From an uncultured Gammaproteobacteria bacterium (GTDB lineage: Bacteria > Pseudomonadota > Gammaproteobacteria > UBA9214): a DNA stretch of 64,000 nt. Of the stretch, positions 9,415-21,990 are shown in pieces. Both the position numbers and the translations under genes were made by a program. The DNA lies in assembly GCA_963773065.1 (NCBI GenBank), contig CAVYZN010000023.1:1-64000 (forward strand), written 5' to 3'. The number at the start of each line of letters is the position of its first letter. Position 1 is the stretch's first letter. Below the pieces are notes generated by a model. The model was not told the origin of the DNA. It searched no databases and was given only the letters and a program-made list of their open reading frames with translations.

Positions 9415-10403
9415 CTCCCGGGCAATGACTTCTCGCCCAGCATTTCCGCCTCGAGCGAGAGGTAGACCTGGTAGGCATTGCGGCGATTGGCTTCGGCGAA
9501 GGCGGGCAGCTCCTCGAATCCGCCCCAGTCAACCCCGGCATAGGCCTCGTCGAAGGGAACCAACTCCCGCACCGCCGCTCCCATCGTTTCGCGCAGGTAC
9601 TCCAGATAGCGGCGCGTGAAGTCTATGGCCTTGCGCGGATCATTGACCACCGGACCGTGGCCTGGCACGAGCGCCGCCAGGTGTTCCTTCTCCATGCGCT
9701 CCAGCACCTTGAGCCAGTGCCGGGTATCCGCATCACCCAGAAACGGCACCAGGTCCTGGAAAACGATATCGCCGGAAAACAGCACCCGATCCGGCTCGAC
9801 ATACAGCGACAGGTCGCCATCGGAATGGGCGGCGCCGAGCAGGGTGATGATGAACTCCACATCGCCGAGCCGGAAGCGGGTGCCCTCGCCCAGGTAGTGA
9901 TCGGGGCGGACAAGACGCGTGTTTTCATCCACCCAGGGAGCGAGCGTGATACGGCGCTCCTCCAGCCCTCGCCTGGCCTCCTCCGACTCGAGGTATTCGT
10001 CCGACCCGTCCGGTGCGAGGATCTCGGCATCCAGGTCCGCGAAGACCTGCAATCCGTAGATATGGTCGGCGTGATAGTGGCTCACGACGACCCGGACGAC
10101 GGGTTCATCGGTAATGCCGCGGATCTTCTCCAGCAGCAGCCTGGCAAGCGCCGGCGAACCCAGCGCATCGAATACCACCACGCCGGCGCCGGTGACGATA
10201 AAGCCGGCATTCGCGACGAAACCCTGGTTGCCCGTCAGCGCGCCGGGGACACCCTCGACACAATAGACATGCCCGGATATCTGCCGGACGGTCATGTCGA
10301 CCGTCGCGCGCGGGTAGTCATATTCCCCGATCGGCGCTTCTTCGGCGCAGGCAATGGCCGGCAGCAGCAACAGCATGCCCAAAAGTAAACCCGTACGCCG
10401 CAT
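9411..10403 (-). CDS. Secreted MBL-fold metallo-hydrolase (SoxH-like)
   Basis: Signal peptide MRRTGLLL, NAGFIV, SHYHADH, AH, FSGD, PGHG. Confidence 0.85.
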   Translation of the reverse strand: MRRTGLLLGMLLLLPAIACAEEAPIGEYDYPRATVDMTVRQISGHVYCVEGVPGALTGNQGFVANAGFIVTGAGVVVFDALGSPALARLLLEKIRGITDEPVVRVVVSHYHADHIYGLQVFADLDAEILAPDGSDEYLESEEARRGLEERRITLAPWVDENTRLVRPDHYLGEGTRFRLGDVEFIITLLGAAHSDGDLSLYVEPDRVLFSGDIVFQDLVPFLGDADTRHWLKVLERMEKEHLAALVPGHGPVVNDPRKAIDFTRRYLEYLRETMGAAVRELVPFDEAYAGVDWGGFEELPAFAEANRRNAYQVYLSLEAEMLGEKSLPGS

Positions 10404-10546
10404 CACCCGCCTACTCCCGTCCTGTCGCCGATCCTCCCGTCCAATGCCGCCCGGGCGGCGGTAAGATACGCCCTTCCCGCCGCGCCGGCCAGTCCCGTCC
10501 GTGCGGCTTTGCGTGGCATCCGTTTCTTTATGGGATGGACACGGTG

Positions 10547-12048
<1,502 letters not shown>

Positions 12049-12050
<2 letters not shown>

Positions 12051-12249
12051 ACGACTCGAAGGCATCGCGCCCATTGGTGACCGCCTCGGCCTCGGTTTCC
12101 CCATCTGACATACATCCAGGCAAGTCCGGAAATGTGATCAGGAAACCACCGCCTCCTCTACGGGTAACGGGCTAACGATATGGGCATAGGCCTCAAACGG
12201 ATACGGCGGGCTTACCCGTCCGAATTTTCTTGATCGAATCTTGGCTCAT
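12049..12249 (-). pseudogene. HicB antitoxin N-terminal fragment (frameshifted, C-terminus lost)
   Basis: Reads ...GGFLITFPDLPGCMSDGETEAEAVTNGRDAFES then stops at the junction with NERD DNA; ATGA overlap with hicA. Confidence 0.8.
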
Positions 12250-12491
12250 CGTTTTAGCTCCTTCACGGCATCCACGAGCAACAGGAACTGGCGGATGTAG
12301 ATCGGCTTGATTGGCCGGTGGGCTGGCACGCACACGTCGTTTTCTACACCGAGATAGCTGAAAACGTGGTGGCTGCCACCATGGTTACGGCACTCGATCT
12401 CAAACTGCTTGGCCACCGTGATCAGGTCATCAATCCGCCAGTCGCGTGGATTGTTGCGCATGGCATCGAGCAGTTTGGCCCGCTTGTTCAC
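12246..12491 (-). CDS. HicA family toxin
   Basis: 81 aa, NNPRDWRIDDL, GGSH, VPAHRPIKPIYIRQFL. Confidence 0.88.
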   Translation of the reverse strand: MNKRAKLLDAMRNNPRDWRIDDLITVAKQFEIECRNHGGSHHVFSYLGVENDVCVPAHRPIKPIYIRQFLLLVDAVKELKR

Positions 12492-12498
12492 GGTGAGT

Positions 12499-12517
12499 AT
12501 AGTATCTTATTTGATAC
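12499..12517 (-). promoter_or_regulatory. hicA -10 element (TACTAT) with overlapping palindrome GTATC-N6-GATAC
   Basis: TACTAT lies 7 nt before the GTG start with no SD (leaderless-like); the dyad resembles a TA autorepression operator. Confidence 0.45.
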
Positions 12518-12719
12518 GGCATCCAGAGCAACAGGAACTGGCGGATGAAGATCGGCTAGATTGGCCGGTGAGCTGGCACGCACACGTCGTTTTCTACACC
12601 GAGATAGCTGAAAACGTGGTGGCTGCCACCATGGTTACGGCACTCGACTCTCAAATGCTTGGCCACCATGATCAGGTCATCAATCCGTCAGTCGCGCGGA
12701 TTATTGCGATGGCGTCGAG
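12516..12719 (-). pseudogene. Decayed tandem duplicate of hicA
   Basis: Aligns to 12265-12470 with scattered substitutions and indels, including TGG to TGA. Confidence 0.85.
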
Positions 12720-12807
12720 AGCTGCAGCAGGTCCATGGCGGCATCGGGAGTAAGCGCATTCGATACTGCCATCGTGGCCAAAGCCAGGCAGCCCGGCCTG
12801 GAAGGAC

Positions 12808-14395
12808 TTATTCCCACTCGATGGTCGCCGGGGGTTTGCCGGAAATATCGTAGGCGACGCGGGAGATGCTGAGGCACTTCGTTGATGATGCGGCGGGAGA
12901 CGAGATCGAGGAACTCGTAGGGCAGGTGCGCCCAGCGGGCCGTCATGAAATCCACCGTCTCCACCGCGCGCAGGGCGACCACGTAGGAATAGCGGCGCCC
13001 GTCGCCGGTCACGCCCACGGATTTCACCGGCAGGAATACCGTAAACGCCTGGCTGACCGTGTCGTACAGCTCATGACGGCGCAGTTCCTCGATGAAGATG
13101 TGGTCGGCGAGACGCAGGGTATCGGCGTACTCCTTGCGCACCTCGCCGAGGATGCGCACGCCCAGGCCGGGGCCCGGAAACGGATGGCGGTAGACCATGT
13201 CGTAGGGCAGGCCGAGCTCCACGCCGAGCTGGCGCACCTCATCCTTGAACAGTTCGCGCAGCGGCTCGAGCAGCCGCAGGTTCATGTCCTGCGGCAGGCC
13301 GCCGACGTTGTGGTGCGACTTGATCAGATGCGCCTTGCCGGTCCTCGCCCCGGCCGACTCGATGACATCCGGGTAGATGGTCCCCTGCGCGAGCCATTGC
13401 ACGTCGCCGCTCAGTTTCCCGGCCTCCTCCTCGAACACCTCGATGAACAGGTTGCCGATGACCTTGCGCTTGCGCTCGGGATCGTCGATCCCTTCCAGGG
13501 CGGCGAGGAAACGCGCCTCGGCATCCACGCGGATCACGCGCACCCCCATGTGTTCGGCGAAGGTGGCCATGACCTGGTCGCCCTCCCGGTGGCGCAGCAG
13601 CCCGTTGTCGACGAACACGCAGGTGAGTTGCTCGCCGATCGCCTTGTGCAGCAGCGCGGCGACCACGGAGGAATCCACGCCGCCGGAGAGGCCCAGCAGG
13701 ACGTTGTCCTCGCCCACCTGCTCGCGCACCGCATCGATGCTGTTTTCGATGATATTGCCGGGCGTCCACAGCGCGGCGCAGCCGCACAGCTCGATGACGA
13801 AACGCTGCAGGATGCGCTGCCCCTGGCGCGTATGGGTGACCTCGGGGTGAAACTGCAGGCCGTAGAAGCGGCGTTCATCGTCCGCCATGCCGGCTATCGG
13901 GGCGCTGTCGGTGCTGGCGATGATCCTGAAGCCGGGCGGCAGCTCGGTCACACGGTCGCCATGGCTCATCCAGACATCGAGCAGGCCGTAGCCCTCGGGA
14001 CTGGTATGGTCCTCGATATCCTTCAGCAGGCGCGAATGCCCGCGGGCGCGCACCTGGGCATAGCCGTATTCATGCCGGGTCGCCGTCTCCACCCGGCCGC
14101 CGAGCTGCTGCGCCATCGCCTGCAGGCCATAGCAGATGCCCAGCACCGGCACGCCCAGCCTGAAGACCAGGGACGGCACCTGCGGCGCATAGTCGGCGGT
14201 GACGGTCTCCGGGCCGCCGGAGAGGATCACGCCGCGGGGATGGAACACGCGGATCTCGCCCTCCTCCATGTCATAGGGATGGATCTCGCAATAGACCCCG
14301 GCCTCGCGCACGCGCCGCGCGATAAGCTGCGTGTACTGGGAACCGAAATCCAGGATCAGGATGCGGTGGGCATGTATGTCGCTGTGTGTGTCCAA
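12808..14395 (-). CDS. guaA: GMP synthase (frameshift near 12870)
   Basis: [26 protein letters not shown]; native C-terminus [14 protein letters not shown]-stop is present in the shifted frame ending 12808. Confidence 0.96.
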
Positions 14396-14456
14396 CGTGG
14401 TCGGAGGCCGGATTCAGTTGCAGTGAGTTGTCCATGCTCGGATAACATGAAAATCA

Positions 14457-14584
14457 ACCGCAAAGACGCAAAGAGATCATTGATCATTACATTGAGAAAA
14501 TAACGGCGCGATATCGAGGCAGCAACGTCATTCGATGGTTCAAGCAATGAATTCTTTCCTCTGCGTCCTTTGCGTCTTTGCGGT
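14457..14584. repeat. Element bounded by a perfect 17-bp inverted repeat ACCGCAAAGACGCAAAG
   Basis: 14457-14473 and 14568-14584 are exact reverse complements around an AT-rich core. Confidence 0.75.
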
Positions 14585-14642
14585 GAGAATAGGGGTCATG
14601 GTTGCGGCGAGCGGCGCCTGTCATCGCCCTCCCCGGGCGCGA

Positions 14643-16100
14643 TCAGTCCACCCGGTAGTTCGGCGCTTCCTTGGTGATGGTGACATCGTGCACATGGCTT
14701 TCCCGCATGCCGGCATTGGTCACCCGGATGAACTCGGGCTTGCGGCGCATCTCCTCGATGCTGGCGCAACCGGTGTACCCCATGCTGGAGCGCAGGCCGC
14801 CCATCAACTGGTGCAATATGGTCAGCATGCTGCCCTTGTAGGGAACCCGGCCTTCGATGCCTTCCGGCACCAGCTTGTCCGGTTCGCCGCCCTCCTGGAA
14901 ATAGCGATCGCTGGAACCCTGCTGCATGGCGCCGAGCGAACCCATGCCCCGATAGGCTTTGTAGGAGCGGCCCTTGTACAGCTCCACCTCGCCGGGCGCT
15001 TCCTCCGTCCCGGCCAGCATGCTGCCGATCATGACCGACCAGGCGCCCGCCGCGATGGCCTTGGCGATATCGCCCGAATAGCGGATACCGCCGTCGGCGA
15101 TCACCGGGACGCCGTCAGGGCCGAGTTCTTCCGCGACATTGGCCACGGCCGAGATCTGCGGCACGCCGATGCCGGCCACGATGCGGGTGGTGCAGATGGA
15201 ACCGGGCCCGATGCCCACCTTGACCGCGTCGGCGCCGGCCTCGACCAGGGCGCGCGCGGCGGCGCCCGTGGCGATATTGCCGCCGATGATCTGCACATCC
15301 GGGTAATGCCGCTTGATCCACCTGACCCGGTCCAGCACGCCCTCGGAGTGGCCGTGGGCCGTGTCCACCACGATGACGTCGACGTCCGACTCGACCAGCG
15401 CGGCGATGCGCTGATCGTTTTCCGCGCTGGTGCCCACCGCGGCGCCCACGCGCAGGCGGCCCTGGTCATCCTTGCAGGCATTCGGGTAGTCGGTGGACTT
15501 CTGGATGTCCTTCACCGTGATCATGCCGCGCAGCTTGAAGCCGCCGTTGATGACCAGCACCCGCTCGATGCGGTGCTTGTGCAGCAGCGCGATCACCTCC
15601 CCCCGGTCCGCGCCCTCCCGGACCGTGACCAGCCGCTCCCTTGGCGTCATGACGCTGGTGACCGGCTTGTCCAGGTTGGTCTCGAAGCGCCGGTCGCGGC
15701 TGGTCACGATGCCCACCAGGTCCTCGCCGTCCACGACCGGTACACCGGAGATGTTGTTGGCGCGGGTCAGATCGATGACTTCGCGTATCGTGGCGGTGGA
15801 AGGGACGGTGATCGGGTCCTTGATCACGCCGCTCTCGAATTTCTTGACGCTGCGGACCTCGGCGGCCTGCTGCTCGGCCGGCATGTTTTTGTGGATGATG
15901 CCGATGCCGCCTTCCTGGGCCAGGCTGATCGCCAGCCGGGATTCGGTGACCGTGTCCATGGCGGCCGATAGCAGGGGGATCTTCAGCTCGATTTCGCGCG
16001 TCAGCCGGCTGTGCAGGCTGACATTGCGGGGCAGCACGGTGGAATGCGCCGGCAGCAGCAGGACATCATCGAAAGTAAGGGCTTCCTGCACGATGCGCAT
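14643..16100 (-). CDS. guaB: IMP dehydrogenase
   Basis: [12 protein letters not shown] pair, [23 protein letters not shown]. Confidence 0.98.
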   Translation of the reverse strand: MRIVQEALTFDDVLLLPAHSTVLPRNVSLHSRLTREIELKIPLLSAAMDTVTESRLAISLAQEGGIGIIHKNMPAEQQAAEVRSVKKFESGVIKDPITVPSTATIREVIDLTRANNISGVPVVDGEDLVGIVTSRDRRFETNLDKPVTSVMTPRERLVTVREGADRGEVIALLHKHRIERVLVINGGFKLRGMITVKDIQKSTDYPNACKDDQGRLRVGAAVGTSAENDQRIAALVESDVDVIVVDTAHGHSEGVLDRVRWIKRHYPDVQIIGGNIATGAAARALVEAGADAVKVGIGPGSICTTRIVAGIGVPQISAVANVAEELGPDGVPVIADGGIRYSGDIAKAIAAGAWSVMIGSMLAGTEEAPGEVELYKGRSYKAYRGMGSLGAMQQGSSDRYFQEGGEPDKLVPEGIEGRVPYKGSMLTILHQLMGGLRSSMGYTGCASIEEMRRKPEFIRVTNAGMRESHVHDVTITKEAPNYRVD

Positions 16101-16246
16101 AAGGAGGGTGAAGATCCGACAGTAGAGGTTGGCCGCTAATTATAGGGGCTGCACTGATTGCGGTAAACCATATCCAGTGTTTGCGGCCCTAAAACACCTC
16201 TACGGGACGGGTATTCCCGAAACAAACAATGCTATCCTTGCCCGCC

Positions 16247-17623
16247 ATGGCGGATTCGACAGTGGACCACGGCGGCACGGCGCCGGAGCGCGACATCTAC
16301 AGCGTCTCCCGTCTCAACCTGGAGGCGCGGCTGCTGCTCGAGCAGGGTTTCCCCCGCATCTGGCTGGAAGGCGAGTTATCCAATGTCTCCCGCCCCTCCT
16401 CCGGTCACCTCTACTTCACCCTCAAGGATGCCCGCGCCCAGATCCGCGCCGCGATGTTTCGCACCCGCAACCAGGCCATCCGCTTCCGCCCGGATGAAGG
16501 CATGCAGGTGCTGGTGCGCGCCCGGGTCAGCCTGTACGAGCCGCGCGGCGACTATCAGCTCATCGTCGAGCACATGGAGGAAGCCGGCGACGGGGCGCTG
16601 CGCCGGGCGTTCGAGGAACTCAAGCAGAGACTGGCCGTTGAAGGCCTCTTCGATGCCGCCCACAAGCAGCCCCTGCCCGTGCTGCCGCGGCGCATCGGCG
16701 TCATCACTTCCCCTTCGGGCGCGGCGGTACGCGATGTGATCAGCGTGCTTGGCCGCCGCTTCCCCGCCATCCCGGTGCTGATTTATCCGGTGCCGGTGCA
16801 AGGCAGGGAGGCCGCCGGCGAAATCGCGGACGCCATCCGGCTGGCCGGCGCGCGCGCCGATTGCGATGTGCTGATTCTGACTCGCGGCGGCGGTTCGCTG
16901 GAGGACCTGTGGCCGTTCAATGAAGAGGTGGTGGCGCGGGCGATCCATGAGTGCCGGATACCGCTGGTCAGCGCCGTCGGGCATGAGATCGATTTCACCA
17001 TCGCCGACTTCGTCGCCGACCAGCGCGCCGCGACGCCCTCCGCCGCGGCGGAACTGGTCAGTCCCGACCAGTTCGAGTGGCTCGCCCGGATCACGCAACT
17101 CGCCGCCCGGCTGGAACAGCGCCTGCGGCACACGCTCTCCGACCAACACCGGCAGGTGGCATGGATCGAGAAGCGCCTGCAGCAGGTGCATCCCGGACAA
17201 TACCTGCGCCAGCAGGCCCAGCGTCTGGATGAACTCGAACAGCGCGCGCGATTTGTCATCGGCATGCGGATCAGAGAGTTGCAATCCGGACTTAATGAAA
17301 TGCATGCGAAGCTGCAGCGCCACTCCCCGGCCCACCAGGTGGCCCGTCTTGGCCTGCAGCAGCACCTGCTGGCGCAACGCCTGGGCGCGGCCATGCAGGC
17401 CCTGCTCGCGGAAAAGCAACGCCGGCTGGGACTGGCCTGCCGATCGCTCGACACCGTCAGTCCTCTGGCCACGCTTAAGCGCGGTTACGCCATCGTCAGC
17501 CGCCTGCCCGATCGACTAATCCTGCGTAAGGCGACGGCGGTCAAACCCGGCGACCGGGTGGAAGCCAGGTTGGCTGATGGAACTCTGGTCTGCATCGTGG
17601 ACCCGGCCGGCCTACCCGAATAA
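16247..17623 (+). CDS. xseA: Exodeoxyribonuclease VII large subunit
   Basis: SGHLYFTLKD, RGGGSLEDLW, GHEID, RAATPSAAAE; divergent from guaB. Confidence 0.96.
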   Translation: MADSTVDHGGTAPERDIYSVSRLNLEARLLLEQGFPRIWLEGELSNVSRPSSGHLYFTLKDARAQIRAAMFRTRNQAIRFRPDEGMQVLVRARVSLYEPRGDYQLIVEHMEEAGDGALRRAFEELKQRLAVEGLFDAAHKQPLPVLPRRIGVITSPSGAAVRDVISVLGRRFPAIPVLIYPVPVQGREAAGEIADAIRLAGARADCDVLILTRGGGSLEDLWPFNEEVVARAIHECRIPLVSAVGHEIDFTIADFVADQRAATPSAAAELVSPDQFEWLARITQLAARLEQRLRHTLSDQHRQVAWIEKRLQQVHPGQYLRQQAQRLDELEQRARFVIGMRIRELQSGLNEMHAKLQRHSPAHQVARLGLQQHLLAQRLGAAMQALLAEKQRRLGLACRSLDTVSPLATLKRGYAIVSRLPDRLILRKATAVKPGDRVEARLADGTLVCIVDPAGLPE

Positions 17624-17671
17624 CCCGGTCAGCCGTCACGACAACCCCTTTCATCCGGAAGCGAGCTGATC

Positions 17672-18535
17672 ATGCCCCGTTCAACGACCCTGTGTTCCAT
17701 CATCGCGCTGCTGCTGCCCGCGTGGTGCCATGCCTTTACCTTCGATCACACGCCCGTACCTGGCGGCATCGCCGCGATCCGCCTGCCCGCCGATGCCGAC
17801 CCGGAGAGCGTGCGCTACCGGCAGCGGCATGTCCTCATCACCCGCCAGGAGGGTCAGACCTACGCCATCGTCGGTCTGGCGCTCGAAACGCAACCCGGTA
17901 CGCATTACCTGGAGGCGCGGACCCGCGCGAAGCAGCCGCTGCGCCTGTCCTTCCAGGTCACCGACAAGGCCTACGAGACCCAGCACCTCACCATCGAGGA
18001 CAAGCGCAAGGTCAACCCGGAGAAGCGCGACCTGGAGCGCATCGACCGCGAAGAGAAACGGATCGGGGCGGCCCTGCGGCACTGGTCGAATGGTGATGCG
18101 GTAACCCTCGACTTCGGCAAGCCGGTGGACGGTCCGTTGAGCAGTCCCTTCGGGCTGCGGCGTTTCTTCAACGAACAGCCCCGCAAGCCGCACAGCGGTC
18201 TCGACATTGCGGCCGCGGAAGGCGCCCCCATCAAAGCCCCCGCCCCCGGCACCGTCATCGACAGCGGCGATTTCTTCTTCAACGGCAACACCGTGTTCAT
18301 CGACCACGGCCAGGGCCTGATCACCATGTACTGCCACATGAGCCGCATCGACGTGAAGCCGGGCCAGCGCGTGGCGACCGGCGAGGTGATCGGCGCGGTC
18401 GGCATGACCGGCCGCGTCACCGGTCCGCATCTGCACTGGGGCGTGAGCCTCAATGACGCCCGCGTGGACCCGCTGCTGTTCCTGGGTGAAAGCGCCGTGG
18501 TTGATGTGTCCGCCACACCGGCGCCGGTGCGGTGA
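17672..18535 (+). CDS. M23 family peptidoglycan DD-metalloendopeptidase
   Basis: Signal peptide, HSGLD, YCH, GPHLHW. Confidence 0.92.
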   Translation: MPRSTTLCSIIALLLPAWCHAFTFDHTPVPGGIAAIRLPADADPESVRYRQRHVLITRQEGQTYAIVGLALETQPGTHYLEARTRAKQPLRLSFQVTDKAYETQHLTIEDKRKVNPEKRDLERIDREEKRIGAALRHWSNGDAVTLDFGKPVDGPLSSPFGLRRFFNEQPRKPHSGLDIAAAEGAPIKAPAPGTVIDSGDFFFNGNTVFIDHGQGLITMYCHMSRIDVKPGQRVATGEVIGAVGMTGRVTGPHLHWGVSLNDARVDPLLFLGESAVVDVSATPAPVR

Positions 18536-18536
18536 A

Positions 18537-19037
18537 TCAACTCTTGCGCTCCGCCAGCTCCCGTCGATAGAGTTCGGCATCGCTTTCGCTGAAACAGCAG
18601 GCGATGATGCGTTCAAAGCGGTCTTCGTGCGCTCGCATCGCCTCGAGCGCGATGGCCGCCGCCTGGTCTTTGGGATAACCGTAGACGCCGGTGCTGATGC
18701 CCGGGAAGGCGATGGAGCGCGCCTGGTTGGCGAGCGCCAGGGCGAAACTCGATTGGTAGCAGGACTTAAGCAACTGCGCCTCGCCGTGCCTGCCGCCATG
18801 CCACACGGGACCGACGGTATGGATGACCCACCGGGCCGGCAGCATGAAACCGGGCGTGATCTTCGCCTCGCCCGTCCGGCACCCGCCCAGGGTGCGGCAA
18901 TACGCCAGCAACTCGGGTCCGGCCGCCCGGTGGATCGCGCCATCCACACCGCCGCCGCCCAGCAGGCTGCTGTTGGCGGCATTGACGATGGCGTCCACCT
19001 GGAGACCGGTTATATCCGCCACTATCACTTCGATCAT
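18537..19037 (-). CDS. Macro domain O-acetyl-ADP-ribose deacetylase (YmdB-like)
   Basis: [33 protein letters not shown]. Confidence 0.93.
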   Translation of the reverse strand: MIEVIVADITGLQVDAIVNAANSSLLGGGGVDGAIHRAAGPELLAYCRTLGGCRTGEAKITPGFMLPARWVIHTVGPVWHGGRHGEAQLLKSCYQSSFALALANQARSIAFPGISTGVYGYPKDQAAAIALEAMRAHEDRFERIIACCFSESDAELYRRELAERKS

Positions 19038-19169
19038 CCGTACCTCTCAGGTCTCATACATCCGATACTTGGCGCGCACAAGCCCATGCCCTCCGTGGCC
19101 GCATTCAAATCCGCTGCGGATATGGTAACGTAAGACGCGCGACTTTCCCGAATCCCTGCAGGAGCATCC

Positions 19170-20671
19170 ATGCCGCGCCTGATTTCACTCTCCCAAGCCG
19201 CCCGTATGGTCGGGGTCAAGCGCAGCGAACTGCAAACCCGCATCCAGTCCGGGGAGTTGCGCACCTTTGAAGGCGCGATACTGCTGTCCGATCTGCTGCA
19301 CGCCTATCCGCAGGCGCAGGTCGAGGACTCCAGCATGCTGGATCGCGTCGGGGAAATCATGGAGCAGGCGGTCGACAAGGTCATCCGTCGTGAACGCGAA
19401 TTCCCGGATATCACGGCCTGCGCCAACCGCATCCAGGCGCTGAGCCGGGAACTGGCGAAGACCAGGAGCGAGTCACGACGTTACCGGGAACTGCTCGATA
19501 ACCTGAAACTCAAACTGCAGGACCTCGACCGCGAGGATCTTGAACGGGAAGCGGCATTCGGCCAGCTCCGGGGCTGGCTGCACGAGGCGGTGCAGGCGCT
19601 CCGGGCGGCATCGGGCGAGGCGGAGGATATCCTCACGCGGGAGGAATTTCCGCGCTTCATGGCGGCCAAGGTGCGAGTCCTGCCGAGCGGACATGAATTC
19701 TACATCGACGGGGCGAATTCCGTCCTGGAAGCCGGGCTGAGCAGCGGGCTGGCGCTGAACTACGGCTGCAATACTGGCACCTGCGGTCTGTGCAAGGCCA
19801 AGGTGGTTTCCGGACAACTGAAAAAAATCTGTCTGCACGACTACTCCCTGACGGAAACCGAGAAGGCCCTGGGCTACTTCCTGGCCTGTTGCAACACCGC
19901 GGCATCCGACCTGGTGATCGAGGCCGAGGAGGCCAGCGGCACGCATGATATCCCCCTGCAGGAAATCGACATACGCGTGAAAAAGATCGAGCGGCCGGAT
20001 GCAGGCACATTCATCGTGCGCGCCAGGACATCGCGCACCAAACGGCTGCGTTTCCTGGCCGGCCAGTATGTCTCGTTGCGGCTCGATCACCTGCCCCCCC
20101 GTGACTGCTCCATCGCGAGCTGCCCCTGTGATGACAAGTCGCTCGATTTCCACATCCCCAAGCTCGCGGGACAGGAGATTTCCGCCTACCTCGCCCAGCA
20201 CGCTCAAGGTGAACGAGGTGATCACCATCCGGGGGCCGCGCGGTGAATTCACCCTTGACGAGGACTCCACCCGGACGCTGGTGTTCGTCGCCTGCAATAC
20301 CGGGTTCGCGCCAGTGAAGAGCCTGGTCGAACACGCCCTGTCGCTCAATACCTCGCAGCAGGTGCATCTGTACTGGATCACCACCGACGACAACACCCAC
20401 TACCTCGGCAACCTCTGCCGTTCCTGGCAGGACGCGCTGGAGAATTTCCATTATCACCCGATCGAACTGGCGAGCGGCAGGCTGGTGGAAGACGTACTGC
20501 CGGACATCATCGCCGCTGTCGGGGAAGTGGCCGACTTGTGATTACTACATGTGTCTTCCGGGGGCATTGCTGGAAACCACGGAAGCCTTCCTGCTGGAAA
20601 GCGGCGTGCCCGCCAAACAGCTGCACATGGAACCCATCCGCAATAACCCATCGCCGAAACTCGGCGGTTAG
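19170..20671 (+). CDS. HTH + coiled coil + 2Fe-2S ferredoxin + FAD/NAD-binding oxidoreductase (two frameshifts)
   Basis: N-terminal LSQAARMVGV HTH, CNTGTCGLC...CC, FLAGQY, GPRGEF, TGFAP, LYW. Confidence 0.75.
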
Positions 20672-20681
20672 CAACAGGGGA

Positions 20682-21060
20682 CTACTTGACCACCTTGAGC
20701 CGCGGCCGCCTGGAAGAACTCGCCGAAGGGGCGTCAGGCGCGGGTTCGTCCTCATCTTCGGCGAAGACCATGCCGCGCCCGTTCTCCTTGGCGTAGACGG
20801 CGAGAATGGCATCGACGGGAACATAAACATCGGTGGCGATGCCGCCAAAGCGGGCGCGAAAGCTAATGGCATCGTTAGCGAGCGTCAATCCCTCAACGGC
20901 CTGTGGGACTGACATTGAGCACGATCTTTCCGTTCTGACCGTGCTGGCGCGGCACATCGACACCTTCACCCTCGATATCCACCAGCAAATAGGGTGTCAT
21001 GAAGTTATCCAGGATCCACTCATGAATGGCCCGTATGAGGTAGGGACGACTGCTGGTCAT
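20682..21060 (-). CDS. sspB: ClpXP adaptor SspB (frameshift near 20905)
   Basis: MTSSRPYLIRAIHEWILDN, ARFGG, YAKENGRGMVF, C-terminal LKVVK. Confidence 0.93.
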
Positions 21061-21174
21061 GGCGGAAAAGATACAAGAGCGAGGCGAAAAGATACAGGAA
21101 AACCGCCCCGCCCTGCCACGCCTGATGAGGCGGGGATGGTACGGTAGCACCCGGCCAGGCGAGGACCGGGTTTA

Positions 21175-21798
21175 TTACATCATATCGCGTTCGGCTTCGG
21201 AAAGACTGGCCTTGAACGCATCACGCGCGAACATGCGCCCGGCATACAGCAAAACCGATTTGGCCTGGCGCGGCAGATCGATGTGGTAGTGCTTGAGGCG
21301 CCAGAGGATGGGGATGATGGTCGCATCCACCAGGGAAAATTCATCGCTCAGGAAATACGGTTTGGCGCCGAACACCTCGGCCCCGGCCGTGAGGCTGTCG
21401 CGCAGCAACTTGCGCGCCTTGGTGGAGACCTTCTCACTCTTGGACTCCAGTGCGGGCAGCTCTGTATACCAGTCCTTCTCGATACGGTAGAGCGCCAGCC
21501 GGGCGCGCGCCCGGGACACGGGATCGACCGGCATCAGCGGCGGATGCGGGAAACGCTCATCGAGGTATTCCATGATGGTGCGGGGATCGTAGAGAACCAG
21601 TTCCCGGTCCACCAGTGTCGGGACGCTGTTGTAGGGATTCAGGTCTACCAGGTCTTCGGGCTTGTTATTGCCGTCGACATCCACCACTTCCACCGTGATG
21701 CCTTTCTCCGCGAACACCAGACGCACCCGGTGGCTCTCCGGGCCGGTTGCCGAAGAGAACAAGGTCATGACCGAACGTCGATTGGCAACCAGCGCCAT
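21175..21798 (-). CDS. sspA: Stringent starvation protein A
   Basis: NRRSVMTLFS, LNPYNSVPTLVDR, YLDERFPHPPLMPV. Confidence 0.96.
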   Translation of the reverse strand: MALVANRRSVMTLFSSATGPESHRVRLVFAEKGITVEVVDVDGNNKPEDLVDLNPYNSVPTLVDRELVLYDPRTIMEYLDERFPHPPLMPVDPVSRARARLALYRIEKDWYTELPALESKSEKVSTKARKLLRDSLTAGAEVFGAKPYFLSDEFSLVDATIIPILWRLKHYHIDLPRQAKSVLLYAGRMFARDAFKASLSEAERDMM

Positions 21799-21990
21799 GC
21801 GGCTTTACTCCCCAAGGAAAATCTGATTAATGCAAACGGCATCCACCCCGCGCCAGCGGGAATCCAGCAAGGCGTGGAAAATGGACACCCGGATCCTGCT
21901 CCCGTCCCCGTTCTCGCGCGGGTTCGGCCGGCATGGCGGTTGAATCAAAGCCTCCCCAAGTAAATGTTTTCAGGCCCGGGAAAAACCGGA

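Noticed and set aside
12701-12870. Unusual C-terminal extension of GuaA
   Set aside because: The canonical KPPATIEWE end is present in another frame; frameshift artefact.
12866-15971. Long antisense ORFs opposite guaA/guaB (likewise opposite prkA, murA and pmbA)
   Set aside because: Expected shadow ORFs of high-GC codon usage, with no recognisable domains.
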